From contig JAQGDQ010000085.1 of NCBI GenBank assembly GCA_030141605.1, positions 558,001 to 622,000 on the forward strand: a DNA stretch of 64,000 nucleotides. The letters are read 5' to 3'. This document shows, piece by piece, positions 49,701 to 62,499 of the stretch. How positions within the stretch are numbered: the first letter of the stretch is position 1; every line of letters begins with the position of its first letter. This DNA comes from Tubiluchus corallicola. Its lineage: Eukaryota; Animalia; Priapulida. Position numbers and translations under genes: made by a program. The notes under the pieces are model-generated. The model saw only the letters and a program-made list of their open reading frames with translations, was not told where the DNA came from and ran no database searches.

Positions 49701-51505
49701 GGGAAATTTATTGCAAGTTTTGACCAACCAGAGAACATTTGTGGTGTTATAGCTGGTCTCGTTCAAAATCACATGATTGGTATTTTTACGCATTGAAAGA
49801 ATTATGTTGCGTTTACAAAAATTTGAATTTTTTTCAAGTTCGTTTATTACTCACTGTTTGGTGTTACTTCAGTGTTGCAAAATGTACTCTTTCAATGCAT
49901 TTGCTATAGTAAATTTAGTTGTGTGGTGTGGTGTGTTGTAAGTGGGGTGCTGGATGGTTGTGTGGTGTGGTGTGTGTTGTTGTTGTGAGTTTATGCCCAA
50001 ATTTATTTTACTATACTATAGTAAATACTGTACTGCATTGCAAGGGCTTTCTTTAGTTTTTTTTAGTCATGTAACATTGTTTTTTAAGGAGAACATAGTC
50101 GAATGGGTAAAGACCCTGAGAGCGTTAATGTGCAAATCAAAACTGCAAGTGGCTGATTTGAAATGTGTGCTTACCGCTGCAGGCAACCTGCCATCTAGTG
50201 GGCTCATTGGACATTTGCTGCTACTTTTCATGGTCTCTTCACATGGGGGAACAAAAGTTGCAAGTGAAATTTTGAAAATGGTGTGTAAATTTTGTTTGGT
50301 TTGAAAATTTGAGCACATTTTTAACATGTGGAATGTCAATGTCATTTTTCTCAGCTGCAGAGTAATCTAGGAAGTTGATGCCACTGGGGTAGGATATGGG
50401 TCAAATTCGAATTCTATTGACTTCTGGATCAGTTGATGCATATCACAACATTTTATGATGTTTCAATGATCAAAGATCCACGTATAACAAGTCTAAAGTG
50501 CTGTTATATTCCTACCCCTGGACTGCAGGCAACTAATAAACATAGGCCAAGGTATCAGACACTAACATTCAGTGACACGTTTTAATTTAATCGCATGTGA
50601 TATGACAGTGGTTGTGTTTTTCACAGAGATTTAGTAGTTTGGTAACATATGATTTTAAGTGAAAAAACTTTTTGCAGTACTCTCACATATGTTGATGTCA
50701 TGGAGGCAACTGTGCACCTCTACTGAGGACTTTATAGTTTAAAAAGACTGTTTTGTCAGTTTTCACAAAGAGCACAAAAATTTGCCTTACATTGTTTCTT
50801 TGAATCCTTTTATGCTGTTTGTTTCTTTTGAAATGTTTGAGTAAAATACTATGTATCTTGAAATGGATTATGTCGCTTTGCTCTCACTAATTAGTTAAAC
50901 TCGCTTTGACTTGTGCATCGCTGTTCGCTTTGCTTATGCTCATTTTGATCTTTCTCTCTCCCTCTCCCTCTCCCTCTCCCCCTCTCCCCCTCCCTCCCTC
51001 CCTCGCCTCTCTTGCTCTCTCTCGCCTCTCTTGCTCTTGCCTCTCTTGCTCTTTCGCTCTCTTTCTCTCTCTGTGCCCTCTCTCATTGAAACAAAAATTG
51101 CGTGCCTAAAGATCTGTGACAGTAATAAAGTCGGAAATACGAATGTCTAGTGGCCATACTGTAAGGCACAATGATTAGACGATATAAATAAACTTTGTTT
51201 GATATGGCGTGGCTTTCGAGTTCTAGCATGGATATATACATTTACACTTTTTTGCTCCGTTATTGTTAGATACTCGACTAGTTTTAGGTGAACAGTAATA
51301 TTTTTCACAGGTTATACCTACAGAGAACCCGCAGCAACAGTTGATTTGTGTACTGGATGTTCTAGAATACGCTCTGAAAGCAGGTATCAGTAATCAACAA
51401 GTTGATTTCAAGTCCCGTCTGCTGGCAGTGGAAAGCTCCGGGTGCCTTGACCACGCCTCTCAGAAGCGTGTGAGGAGAATGTATGCAGAGGAAGGTAAAA
51501 AATGA
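37791..51505 (+). CDS. FANCC: Fanconi anemia group C protein-like, 9 coding exons, about 449 aa; start codon uncertain
   Basis: Phase-consistent GT-AG exons: 37791-37883, 38477-38753, 39712-39857, 40432-40584, 41558-41627, 43869-44026, 48767-48832, 50089-50280, 51311-51505 (1350 nt, no stops). AATAAA at 51635. Collinear similarity to remembered human FANCC: TSYPLVVQPLVLLLLIDPADLP ~ [31 protein letters not shown] ~ [35 protein letters not shown] ~ [27 protein letters not shown]. Confidence 0.75.
44051..46010 (-). mobile_element. Non-autonomous Helitron, copy 1 (carries CACCA satellite)
   Basis: Minus strand begins TCTCTTATATTAATA and ends with a hairpin (CACAAAA-ttct-TTTTGTG), an 8-nt spacer and CTAG followed by T. 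Highly similar to the adjacent copy. Confidence 0.75.
44085..45065 (+). repeat. Complex (CACCA/CACAC)n satellite in Helitron copy 1 (second array 46045-46692)
   Basis: Recurrent higher-order units such as CCATACCACTCCACCACATCACACCACACTGCACCACA. This repeat produces the spurious His/Thr/Pro-rich and Val/Trp/Cys/Gly-rich ORFs. Confidence 0.95.
46011..47649 (-). mobile_element. Non-autonomous Helitron, copy 2 (head-to-tail with copy 1)
   Basis: Same termini and internal sequence as copy 1, with a shorter satellite. Junction on the + strand is ...ATATAAGAGA|CTAGCCAAAC. Confidence 0.75.
47750..48356. mobile_element. hAT-type MITE
   Basis: TIRs TAGGCCTGTAATGATACA / TGTATCGTTACTGCACTA; 8-bp TSD ATGCTAGC (47742-47749) / ATGCTAGT (48357-48364). 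Confidence 0.8.
50948..51085 (+). repeat. CT-rich low-complexity microsatellite
   Basis: Polypyrimidine (CTCTCC)n/(CTCTTG)n tract. Confidence 0.9.
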
Positions 51506-53777
51506 ATTTTGAGTTGTTTAAGGTAAGTGAACAAGTAAATGGTTTTATGCACAGAGCATGAGGAATTTGGGTAACATTGCTGTTGAAAATATAGCTATGT
51601 TCCATGGAACCTTGGTGTGTAGGTATTTGTAAACAATAAATCTGCATTTCAGCAAATGTCTTCAGCATTTACAGACGATTAATTAAATGTGTTTTGTCAA
51701 GAAAATATAAAAACTGGTATTCATTTCTTCTCTGAAATTTGTTCAAATGTTAAGTGCATGTGAGTATTAGCATGATGTCAGACATTACAGTCAAGATCGA
51801 CAAGTATCTACGATGCTTTTTTACATAACATATTTAAGCTTGGAATGTACACGTTATGCTTCAGAAACCGTGTTACATAGTTACAGAATAGCAAATTCGT
51901 TCGAACAGCAACATTACACAATAGTATACACCATGTTGCCGATTTAAGACATTCTTTTATTTTTCTTTATAAAAATTATGACATTTTGTTATATTCATTA
52001 GTTTCTGATTCAAGTTTGCTACGTGGAACTTGTTCTTCGAGAAAAAAAAATTACACACCCTGTTTAGCAAGATTTTCGAATTTATGATCAGAGAAACATG
52101 GCTATGCCCTAACCGAAACAACGATGTTATATTAATTATTGCATTTTACGTTTTAAATTCAAGAAATATGCTTTCATATGACTGTGCCTGGTTTAATATT
52201 AATTCAAACAAGGAAATGACAAAATTTCTGGCCAGGTGTCTGATAAAAAATTTACTCATTACCTGCTTGTACATTATATTGTTATGATATATGTAAATTC
52301 AAAAGCAAATTCAAAATTTCACGCACATATGAATTTATATGTGTGTGAAGTAAATTGTTCTTATATCTTGATTAGACGGAAAAACAAGTATTTTTATTGT
52401 CTGTTCTATTTTTTTAGTACCTTGAATTGATGTCTTGTGGTAAACATATGCAATCACACATGTACGCAGGATTAAACAAGGTTACACTGAAAATAAATAT
52501 TACATCACATAAATCATTTAAACCAGTTTGTGGATTATTAGTTCAAACTGGAGGCAGACTGTTCCATAGCTTAATCACAGCTTTATTTCGGAGCAACAAT
52601 AAACACTCCATGGCTTGGCTCTAGCTTTGTTGTAGTGTATGGCCGGATCATAAAGTGGCGATGAAAATGTGAAACAGTGGCGATAAACAATTTCCAAACC
52701 TCTATCGTGTGAAAGAACGGTTTTTCTTTTATTTGCGAAGCGCTTTAAGAGAGATTTGTCTTCAAGTCAAAAACCAAATCATAGTAGTAGTAGAAATAAT
52801 AGAGATTGTTTATTGTAGTGTGACATTTTCATTTGCATCAGTAAGAACTTATTGTGATAAAAATATTTGAAAACCCAGCCATTAGGTTTATGAGTATTAC
52901 AATAATTACACGTACATTATTATTATAAAGGAAACTAGTTAGTGCGATAGTATGTGATTAGCAAACATATTGCAAATTTAACCTTTAGTGTATACAGCAT
53001 TAAATCAAGCAACCAATGCTATAAAATCTTCCTTCATAATACAACATTTAATATACAGATCATCTCTATAACTATTATAAAGATGACATTCTGTTAAAAA
53101 ATGTTCTTCACTTTCGCCTACATTATATTACAGAAAGTACAAATTCTGTTGTTTAAGTCAATTTGTTGAAACCTGCCAGTTTCTATGTGCAAAGGTAAAA
53201 CACCACACCTAAACTGTGACAACAACGATCGCTGAGGTCTTGTCATGCATAAATTCATATAATACTCTGTGCAAAATTCTAATTTAAATAGTTTTAATGT
53301 TCTTAATTCGGGTTTATTTTCTACTTCGTATAACTACTCTACCTTATATTTTACTAACGTTTTATTTTTGCAATGGAGGTTGTTAATTATAGTTGTAAAT
53401 TATATGTATTGTGCACAAATCTGAGTAGATCAGACCACATCAGAGACTGTAATAGCCACTTCGCTTAAACAAGAAGCAAGCACATGAATACAAACACATG
53501 TCCCGTTTCATGTTTCGATGTGTTTACACGTGGCGCCATCCGGACGCCTAATAATCTAAAATTAATAGCACGAACTGCTAAAGTGTATTATAAATAAATA
53601 AAGAATTAGGTCACTTGTCTCGATACATGAAGAAAAAGATTTATGTAAAACATTAAAAACGGCCTCATTTGTGCAAGCTGAACACAATTACACAGTATTA
53701 TCGGTGTAATCATTACACACGGCCTTAAAGAGGTTAGCATAAGTTTTTCTAATTAGATATGCTAAGAAATGAGATTT

Positions 53778-54060
53778 TCATTTGTACTTAAATATTAGAT
53801 AATTTAGAGATTTTGTTTTGATTTCTTGAGGAATGGAGTTCCAGATACGTGGGCCTTGATACTTGAGGGAACATTGGGCTTTGCTTGTTTTGTATCTTTT
53901 AACATCAAAATGATTACTTAATGCAAAACCTGTTCGGTAATTGTGCAAAACCAATGGTTCACTCCAGTATTCATTCAATAATTTAGGGAGCATATAAATT
54001 TTAATTTTAAAGTTAAATTTAGCCAATTCCAGGTGCAAATTTTGTCTGGTTATAATACGG
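53778..54060 (-). mobile_element. LINE (L2/Crack-like) ORF2 C-terminal remnant
   Basis: HNYRT...KTSKAQCSLKYQGPRIWNSIPQEIK matches the HxYxTR...S+.Y.GP+IWN.+P motif at LINE ORF2 ends. Confidence 0.7.
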
Positions 54061-54189
54061 GATAGTATTTGAGGTCAGCAAAGCATCTAATTTACCGTTT
54101 GTAAACTCCTCCCATGTGCAAAGAATGAGGCACATTTAATGCAAATTTAACCCAATCACAGTTGCCCAATCAACTGGTCTTTAATTAGA

Positions 54190-54515
54190 GTGGTGATCCA
54201 TCTACATGAAACATTTTCTCAGTGCCACTTCTGCCCCAGTGAAGTTCGTATCAGAATGACAGCAGATTTGTCTTATTGGTCATCTCCTTGCAATAAAACA
54301 ATGATAAGCATTCAAAAACAAATCTGTTTCCATTGCGAGAACCACCTCGATGTGAATTGCTCTCAATGCCATACAAGTGAATAATATCCCGTATTGCTTC
54401 AACTCCTTCCTGTGCTCACGTATGAAACATGGGCCAAATAGGTCGCAAGCAGCATAGGTGAATGGAGGCATGGATTCAAAGCAGTCCATTTAAGAATGGA
54501 CCATTTTTGTTCACA
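54190..54515 (-). mobile_element. BEL/Pao integrase fragment
   Basis: PPFTYAACDLFGPCFIREHRKELKQYGILFTCMALRAIHIEV...FLNAYHCFIARR, typical of the Pao integrase core; interrupted by a stop codon. Confidence 0.85.
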
Positions 54516-54972
54516 TGCTGGCTGTTACACCCATTTAGACAAAGATGTGGTTTTTACTACGAACTACAAATTTTATTTCACACATCAAAAAATTCAATAT
54601 CAAACACATTAATAAATTTTAAATAAAATAATTTGAGTAGTGCGAGGTGAGTATATGATCATATGGTCATTAACACACTCGCCTTACTTAAATGAAAAAA
54701 TGATTATAGTTATGCATGCTTCTGTAGATAACTTAATGTAAATAAGGATGAAGTAAATGATGTAATAATAGCAATGGTATAAGAGCAATAAACCTGAAAG
54801 TTGAGAAAGGAAAACATAATATGTAATTACGACTTTGAGTGAGCCTTAAAGAGTGAAAAAAAATTTTAAATAGTTACGAATTTGAATTATGTAATTATCT
54901 GTCAATGCACCATATTACTTGTATGTACAATGATATACATATACACATATATGTACCAATCATCATCATCAT

Positions 54973-55151
54973 TTTTATTCAGCCACAACATTTACCACGT
55001 TTTGATCAGTTAAGGTCATGTTCACGCAACAATCCACCTAAATAGTTTGGACACAACAATCTACCTAAACAGTCCAAACTATGTAGGTGGAATGTTGTGT
55101 GAACATGGCGTTAACTGATCAAAACATTGCAGATGTTATGTCTGAATGAAA
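54973..55151. repeat. Long palindrome (~80-bp arms, ~19-nt loop)
   Basis: 54973-55052 is the near reverse complement of 55072-55151. Confidence 0.85.
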
Positions 55152-55529
55152 GCCATGTCTTTGCCTAAGTGGGTGTTGGCTGTTATTTTCATTTTAAGAA
55201 ATGTCATTTCCCCATCACTAAACATTGACCAGTTTTATTATAACTCTTTTGAACATTAGAGTAACACAAAAAGTCAACATTCACAAAAATAATGAGTTTT
55301 GCCAGAGTCTGATATTTTCTGGTATGCAACTGATGCCAGCGGTGCCAGGAAATTGATATCTTCCAATAGGAGTGATGAAAGTTGTTAGTGGGACAGATTC
55401 TTTGTGTAATGGTGATTGATGGAATCCCTTTCACCAGTCAAACGTAATGAATTTTTTTTGCTTCTTTAATTCCCCCAATTCCCCCCCCCGGTCACTTCTA
55501 AAGGAGTGACTGCTTGATAAAAGGGCATT

Positions 55530-56290
55530 TTAGCGTATTTATCAGCGGCCTGAAATCGATTGTCATCGGAATTTTATCTGGAACTATTTTCTCTTCTTTC
55601 CTTCAGTAGGTTCTTTAGGTGGAACTTTCCATTTTAGATGATGTGTTTCTAATTCTTCAAGTTCCTTTTCTAGGAGTGGCACAAGTGACACAGACACTCT
55701 TGACATTTTTTGCTTTCACTGGCACAGCATCTTCACTGAGATATATTTTTGCATTTAGACCAGGCGTTAGTCTTTTTGTAAACCGAACAAGTCCTTGTAG
55801 TTTGCCATCAGCTGGGACCGTGTGTCTAGTACATTTTTTAGTCAGGTTCCTAGCAAAAACTATTGAGCATGATACCATTTTATCCCGTTTTTTACATTGA
55901 CTGCCCTGTTTTGCCGGCTTGTTGGCTACACAAGGTCAAAATGGTTTTTCTTACTACACTTTTTATAAATTCACGTGTTTTATATTTTTTTATCCCTATC
56001 TAGTGTTACATTTCTCTCTTGAAACATTAACCTACGTGTTTTTGCTTCGTTAATACTGAAAACCATTCATGACCAAGAAGGATTGCCCACGAAAACCACT
56101 TCTTTGCAACATAGCTTGAGTTTTTCAGGATTAAGCTTGATATTTTGTTGGTAACATCTCTCTACAAAACTTTCTATCTTCTTGTGATCCTAACTAAGAT
56201 TCTTTGAGAGTTTGCCCTATGCCAACTACCAGCATGTCATCGTGTATGTCAATAGCTCTAATACCTTCTAGTGTTTGGTTGATGCGTCAG
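55530..56290 (-). mobile_element. Degraded Gypsy-type reverse transcriptase fragments
   Basis: RINQTLEGIRAIDIHDDMLVVGIG...ERCYQQNIKLNPEKLKLCCKEVVFVG (56290-56070, YxDD-like region), plus PGLNAKIYLSEDAVPV and MTIDFRPLINTL at lower coordinates. Contains stops and frameshifts. Confidence 0.65.
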
Positions 56291-56294
56291 ATTA

Positions 56295-56600
56295 ATAACC
56301 AATAATATTTTCCAAAGGAATATGCAGTTTGTCCACGCTTTCACACAGCATGTATCAACAACATAACACACAGACATTTATACTACTTGCCGAAGTACAT
56401 CGATGTGCACCTTGTTCTTTCTTTTGTAGCCCCTCACATTCTGGGAAGCTCAGCAGAGAATTGTTGGATGCCACAGGAACTAGCTTATTGTGATACCATG
56501 CACAAATGACAATGGCTTCGGCATTCACAAAATGGTATGAGCTTCTAGGGAGTTTCTTCAACTCTTTCTTTCACTGTTTTTCATAGAGCTCTGCTTTTAT
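56295..56600 (-). mobile_element. piggyBac-like transposase fragment
   Basis: KKLPRSSYHF...IVICAWYHNKLVPVASN resembles the PGBD motif RG....W.DNK.V...S, followed by a degenerate GVDK-like region. Confidence 0.55.
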
Positions 56601-57304
56601 AATTATAGCACTGAACAAGAAAAAAAAAACATGAATTTCAAACTGGTGACTGGAAAAATTGTTTCCACTATTGCTAAGAATGTTCAAGAAATATGTAGCC
56701 AATTCTTGTTTTCCTGTAACAGCCAAAAGTTTTTGGTTGTTATGTAGAAAATTCTAGCTTCTTGAATTATATTTTTTCATGGTCAACAATATAGGCATAA
56801 AATAGGCAGAGCTTTGTTTTGCAGGTCTAAAATAACTAATGAAACCCCTTCAATTCTTATCAAATATTCTAGTGTTGGTAAAATAAACACATTTGTCTTT
56901 GCTACTCAACATTACAACTTGTACAATGTACATGTATTACATATTCGCTAATGCTAATAGATTCTATTAATTTGCCATGCAAACAAAAAATATTTCACAT
57001 TACATTAAACAGTAATTTCTGTCTTTCCTTAGGGGTTAGGTGTATATCACATACACGTAGCTGTTTGGTGACATGTTGTTACATAGGTGCCATTTGTCTT
57101 GAGCTTTAATTTTAAACATTAGTGGCAAAGTGTTTCCAGTTCAATAAAAAAAGGATAAAACAAAAACGAAGCTACTTCTAGTATGTAAAATTTTAAGAAA
57201 ATTAACATTTCATCACCACTTTAACCAGATTAGAGTAGTATATCTCCTTCAGTGTCCCCAAATTTTGTGTATGGTAAGTTATCTAGTCTTCCCTAAGCTC
57301 TACA

Positions 57305-58505
57305 TGCCTGCTGAGTGTATCTCGGTTGTCTGCATCACTGGCCAGCAAAGCCGTGAGGCAGTCGTACTTTCTGATAACTTGTCAAACATCTACTCCTATT
57401 TTGCCTACATAATCTTGACAACGTTCCATTAAATGCAAAACAAAAGCTGAAACAAAATAACTGACCAGTGGCATTGTAAGTTCTATGCTAATTATTTAAA
57501 AATAAAAAAGGAATAAAAAGGAAAAAAGTTTTGTTTACAGTTGGTATTGGAGTGTCTGTGTTGTCTGTATCATTGGCATTCCAAAGCCATGAGGCAGTCA
57601 TACCTTCTGATAGCTTATCAATCACCCATTTTATCTTGACGGCATTCCACTATGTGCAAAACAAAAGCTAAAACAAAATAACAGATCAGTGGTGTGCTAC
57701 CTTCTTATAAAAAAACTCCAACAGCATAATTGTGTAGCTTGTATCGTTTAATCTGAAAACAAATAAGATAATTTTATATAATTTTGCTCAATTTTACGGC
57801 CAAATCTAAACCAAATTGATCTAATTAACTTTAACAAACTTTTACGCAAATTATAAAATCTAATCTCTAGTCTTTTTAATAAACAAAGGTTCAAGATTTA
57901 AGAAATTAAGAAATCAACTTACATGATGATCTTCTATAAGTGTAATTATGAAATTATAACAACGAATCAATGAATGACGCTAAACAATCTGTCACTGCAG
58001 TGTGTGAACGCCTGAGTTACTCCAATCTACAGGTAAGTGTACAGGTAAAAGACTGGTCACATGACCTGTTTAAAAGGAAACCAGTTTATAACAGAAAAGA
58101 GGGGCAACACAAGTTTAAATCAGCACAAGTGGATTCGTTGGATCTATGCTAATTGATTGACAATAAAAATAAATGTTAAAGAAAAGAAGTTTTGCTCACA
58201 GTTGGTATTGATGTGCCTGGGTTGTCTGCATCAATGGCATCCCAATGCCATGTACCTTCTGACAACTTGTCGATCACCTATTCTTATTTTGCCAATGCAA
58301 CCTTGACAGTGTTACATTAAATGCAAAAGAAAAGTTAAAACAATGTGACTGATCAACGGCATCATTGTCCGAAAAAAGGAAGAAAAGTAAATCTTGAAAA
58401 AAACTTTTGCTTACAGCTGGTACTGGTGTGTCTAAGCGGTCATACCTTCTGATAGCTCCTTGGTCATCCATTTCAATCTTGCTAATGCAGTTTTGAAACA
58501 GTTAC
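57305..58505 (-). repeat. Four degenerate copies of an exon-like ~110-200 bp unit
   Basis: Copies at about 57305-57480, 57530-57695, 58190-58375 and 58405-58505 share TACCTTCTGATAGCTT/GTTGGTATTG/AATGCAAAA motifs. Three end in minus-strand GT donor-like sequences. Confidence 0.7.
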
Positions 58506-58558
58506 ACTAAAGCAAAGTGATTGGCCCCTAGTCCTAGGGGTTTATTGTAGGGCTGAAC

Positions 58559-58624
58559 ATATGAAGGGAATAAAAACAAATTATAAAGGGAAACCCTTAT
58601 GATTTGTTTTTATTCCCTTCATAT
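58559..58624. repeat. Near-perfect ~31-bp hairpin
   Basis: ATATGAAGGGAATAAAAACAAATTATAAAGGG-AAA-CCCTTATGATTTGTTTTTATTCCCTTCATAT. Confidence 0.9.
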
Positions 58625-59864
58625 TCCCTTTGTTTTTGTTTCGTTAAGCCAATAGGCATTCACAGTTCTATAAAAAAGAAAACTTTTTTTAAAAGCTTTA
58701 AGATATAAAATGTTAATATTATGTCACATACATTTCGATTGCAGGCTGCAGTCATCTTTAGTGTGACAGATTAAACAAACAACAACCAGTTTTATATGCA
58801 GAACCTAAGTACAGAAATTCACCCATTATGTATTTAAGTAAACCAAAAGTTAAATGAATTTAACTGCTTTGCACATTAAGAGAAAGCTTGTTAAGGTTCA
58901 TAAATAAACTGTCTTTGTAGCTCTCAGTTATTTATAAATTTGGTCACGATGCTGAAATTATTAAAATCAGTTTTGTGGCCAGAGGCACAGATATGGTCGA
59001 TGCTAGATTGAGGTAGATTTTTTAATTTCCTTCCAGTTCTAGATAAAATACCCAGATCTTTACATACTGTTACTTTAAAGTGTCGAGATGTTTTGCTATG
59101 GTAAGCAGCATTGCAGCTGCTAAACCGAAATCTATAAACAATAACAGACTGTAAGAATGTGGGTATTTTTGTCTTTAAATAGAAAGAGAGAGCCCACTCT
59201 ATTGCTAGGTTTTAAGATAATGCTTAACTGATTATGGGATAAAATTGCTTAACCATATGACTGAGTTTGTCTTCACTGTGAATCATAACAGGCCGCATTT
59301 ACATGAACTATTTTTTAGTTGACCCTTTTTATATTTTACGCACTTCTCCAGCTAGTCTCGGCTGTTTGCGGATTCTATTTCCAGTTACTTTAATCACATT
59401 GCCTCCTTGTCAAACTACCATTTGTGCTGGCTTCTCTATGACCATTTGCATCAATTTGTCTATCACCGTTTACATCATCTCGGTATCAGACTAGACTCGC
59501 ATTCACCCCTGTGTCACCATTTAATCAAATCTTTTCAGAATCTTGTGCACAGTAAAGTCATTCCTAAGTGTGCTTTGTTTTCGTTAAGACAGTTATAGCC
59601 ACATTGTTAATCTCATAAGCATATCCGTTTTTGACAGTTTACAGGGCCGAAGTCGGCTTTTGATTGGTGATTGTACTACAATCAATGTCCGCCATATTCC
59701 AACAAAATATTGTAGCGTTTTATACGTCATTTCTGTTGAAAAAAAAATAAATAAAAGGGCTATTTTACAAATTTGCATTAAATTATGTAGTTCTAGACTT
59801 TACTAAACACAAAGATTAAGTAAACCTAATTTGGTAATTTTACTAATTTATACTATGTAACACG

Positions 59865-61540
59865 TTCTATTTCATTTTACTCCACTTGGAACGTGCCTGA
59901 AGTAAAGGAAGATATTCCTTAAGCCATCTTCTCCAGAATACGTCAGCCATATGTTGAATCTGTCGCCAACGTTTTTTCTAGATGTCAACTGTGCTAAATT
60001 GCCCGGGAGCGTAAACTGGGTTCTTATGTAATAGCAGTAGGTGATTAGGCATCAGTGCTTCACAGTCTTTTATGTCATCAGAAACACTCGTGATCGGCCT
60101 GTTATTTAGAATGCTTTCTACGATACAAAAGTAAGTTTGCAAACCTTCATCATCTAATGTTTGCTTGGTCATAACGAAGCTTAAAACTCGCTTAACGCTC
60201 TTGATGGTGTTCCCAAACTCCAGCTGTGTGATGAGCAGCAGGAGGGTGGAATTTCCATTCTATATTCTGCTTCAGCATCGCATCAGAAGCCTTTGTTTGC
60301 TCCAGCTGTTTGATTGACTGCCTGAGTTCACGCTCTGCTCCAACCATGTTCGTACCGCAATCAGATCTGATGATTTTTGGTTCTCCTCGTCGGCAAGAGA
60401 ATCGTTGAATTGCATTAATCAATGAACTGCTGTCCATAGTGTGCAATACGTCCAAACGAATTGCTCGGGTTGCTATGCATGTAAATATTAGCCCATAGCG
60501 CTTCGTGCTCTTTTAACTAAGTATGGCCCAAAACAGTCTAGGCCTACATTTTCGAAGCATCTGGAAACTTCAACTCTTTCAGGTGGCAGATCGCTCATTT
60601 TTTGCTCCATGGGTGATTCTAACTTTAACCTGCACAATCTGCACTCTCGAGTTACCTTGTTTGTCATTACACGAAGTCCTATAATCCAGTACTTGGATCT
60701 CATGAGAGACATGGTGTGTTCTTTGCCAATATGGCCATAGTTGTCATGGTAGTGCCTAATGACCAGCTTAGAAAATGGGTGTTTCGAAGGTAACAACACC
60801 GGATGTTTTGCTAAGTCAGCAAGGTCAGCATGGCGTAAGCGACCTCCTATAGTCAGTACACCCCCAGAAGACATGACTGGATCAAGCTTGTAGAGATCAC
60901 TTGGTTTTGGAACCAATTGTCCTACGTCCTTTGACAACATCTGGTATTCTCTATTGAAATGCATCTGCTGAATGTGTTTCACTATTTCGTTTTCAGCTTC
61001 ACTAATGTCCGACAAGGTTAGTTTCATTGATGAATTTTCATTATATCTTCTAATTCGGCCGTATAGATTTCTTTTGACCTTTATCAGCCAAGCAACAACT
61101 CGTTTCAGTCTGTAAAAGGAAGAATAATGTTCACATAGCTTATCTATAACACTCTTCATAATGTTCACTCACTACTTCTATTGCACCAGCTGCAACTTTT
61201 CTCTTTACCTCTTTGTCATCTAGCAGGTAGTTCTTTCCTGATAAGAAGTCGAAGTTTGGCCAATTTTCCTTTGATTGTTTCAGAAAAGCTAGTCCATGTT
61301 TCCATCTGGTTGAGAATAAAAGTGCATTTGCATCTAGGCCGCGAGTAACATCATCAGCCAGATTTTCTTCTGATGGGACATGACGCCATTGTTTTGCAGA
61401 AGTTTGCTGCAGAATTGAAGACACCCCATTGTTGACAAATGTGTGGAATCGTTTTGTGTCATTGTGTATGTACTGTAAAATGAGCACACTATCCGACCAG
61501 AAGAAAACATCATCAATCTTCAAGTCTAATTCGTCTCAGC
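59865..61540 (-). mobile_element. BEL/Pao LTR retrotransposon pol fragment (RNase H C-terminus, integrase Zn-binding and core, C-terminal domain), disrupted
   Basis: FWSDS...WRHVPSEENLADDVTRG, GGRL...KHPVLLP...HYH..YGH...[52 protein letters not shown]. Several frameshifts and stops; no flanking LTRs seen. Confidence 0.93.
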
Positions 61541-62499
61541 AGGCGAAGATAATTTACTGAGCATAAGCAATAGTATAACTTTTCGTACGTTTAATAGATG
61601 CATTGAATACCTGTTTGTGGTAATTCTCACAGTAATTCATTTTTTACTGTTTGTGCCTTGCAACTCATTCACTCAATCAGAATGTAATGTTTTAATTCAG
61701 TTAATGTCTGTAATTTTTTTGAATGCATAATTGAACGTGCATAAACTACTTTTCACAAGTTTCTGGTGTTATTTGGCACTTTATATACTGTGTATAATTT
61801 ATTTATTCAGCAAAATCAATTCCAACATAGACAAGAAAACAAGATTGTAAGGTTATAAGGTTTTAAACATTTTTATAACTGTACTACTGATTTTATTTCA
61901 TTTTCCATTTTATTATTATTTTATTTTACTATTCTATTTTATTATCTGATAGAACAAGATAGACAGGACTACAGTTTTAAAAACTACATTTATACTACAT
62001 GTTTAAGCAAAAAACTGCACTCCTGGTTAGAATGAAACCACAATCACAATATAAATGAAAAGCACAAATTACAGAAACATTACAGTCAAAATACAGTGCA
62101 GAAAAAATACAGATGATATACATGTTTAAGCAAAAAAAACTGCACTAACCATATGATTTAAAGAATACAGTGCAGAAAAAATACAGATATACAAGTTATA
62201 CAGTTTACAGCATGGCAGAAAAAAAATAAAAACTGCATGGATAGGAAGGCAATGAAAATGAGTTATAGTTTAGTTAGTAGTGTTTGGTAGCTGGTTTGGT
62301 AGGGGCAGAAAAAAATATAAAAAAAACCCAAAAAACTGTGCACAGCAAAAAATGAAATACAAAATATAAAACAATACAATACAAATACAAAAATACAATA
62401 CAAAGTTTACAACTGAACTAGCTTGCTAATATATAAATATTATATATAAATTATTTACGAGTATACATAGTATACAGGTGTACTCGTCATGTATGCTCC

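Noticed and set aside
50906-51150. Signal-peptide-like Leu/Ser/Pro ORFs
   Set aside because: They are translations of a CT microsatellite inside an intron.
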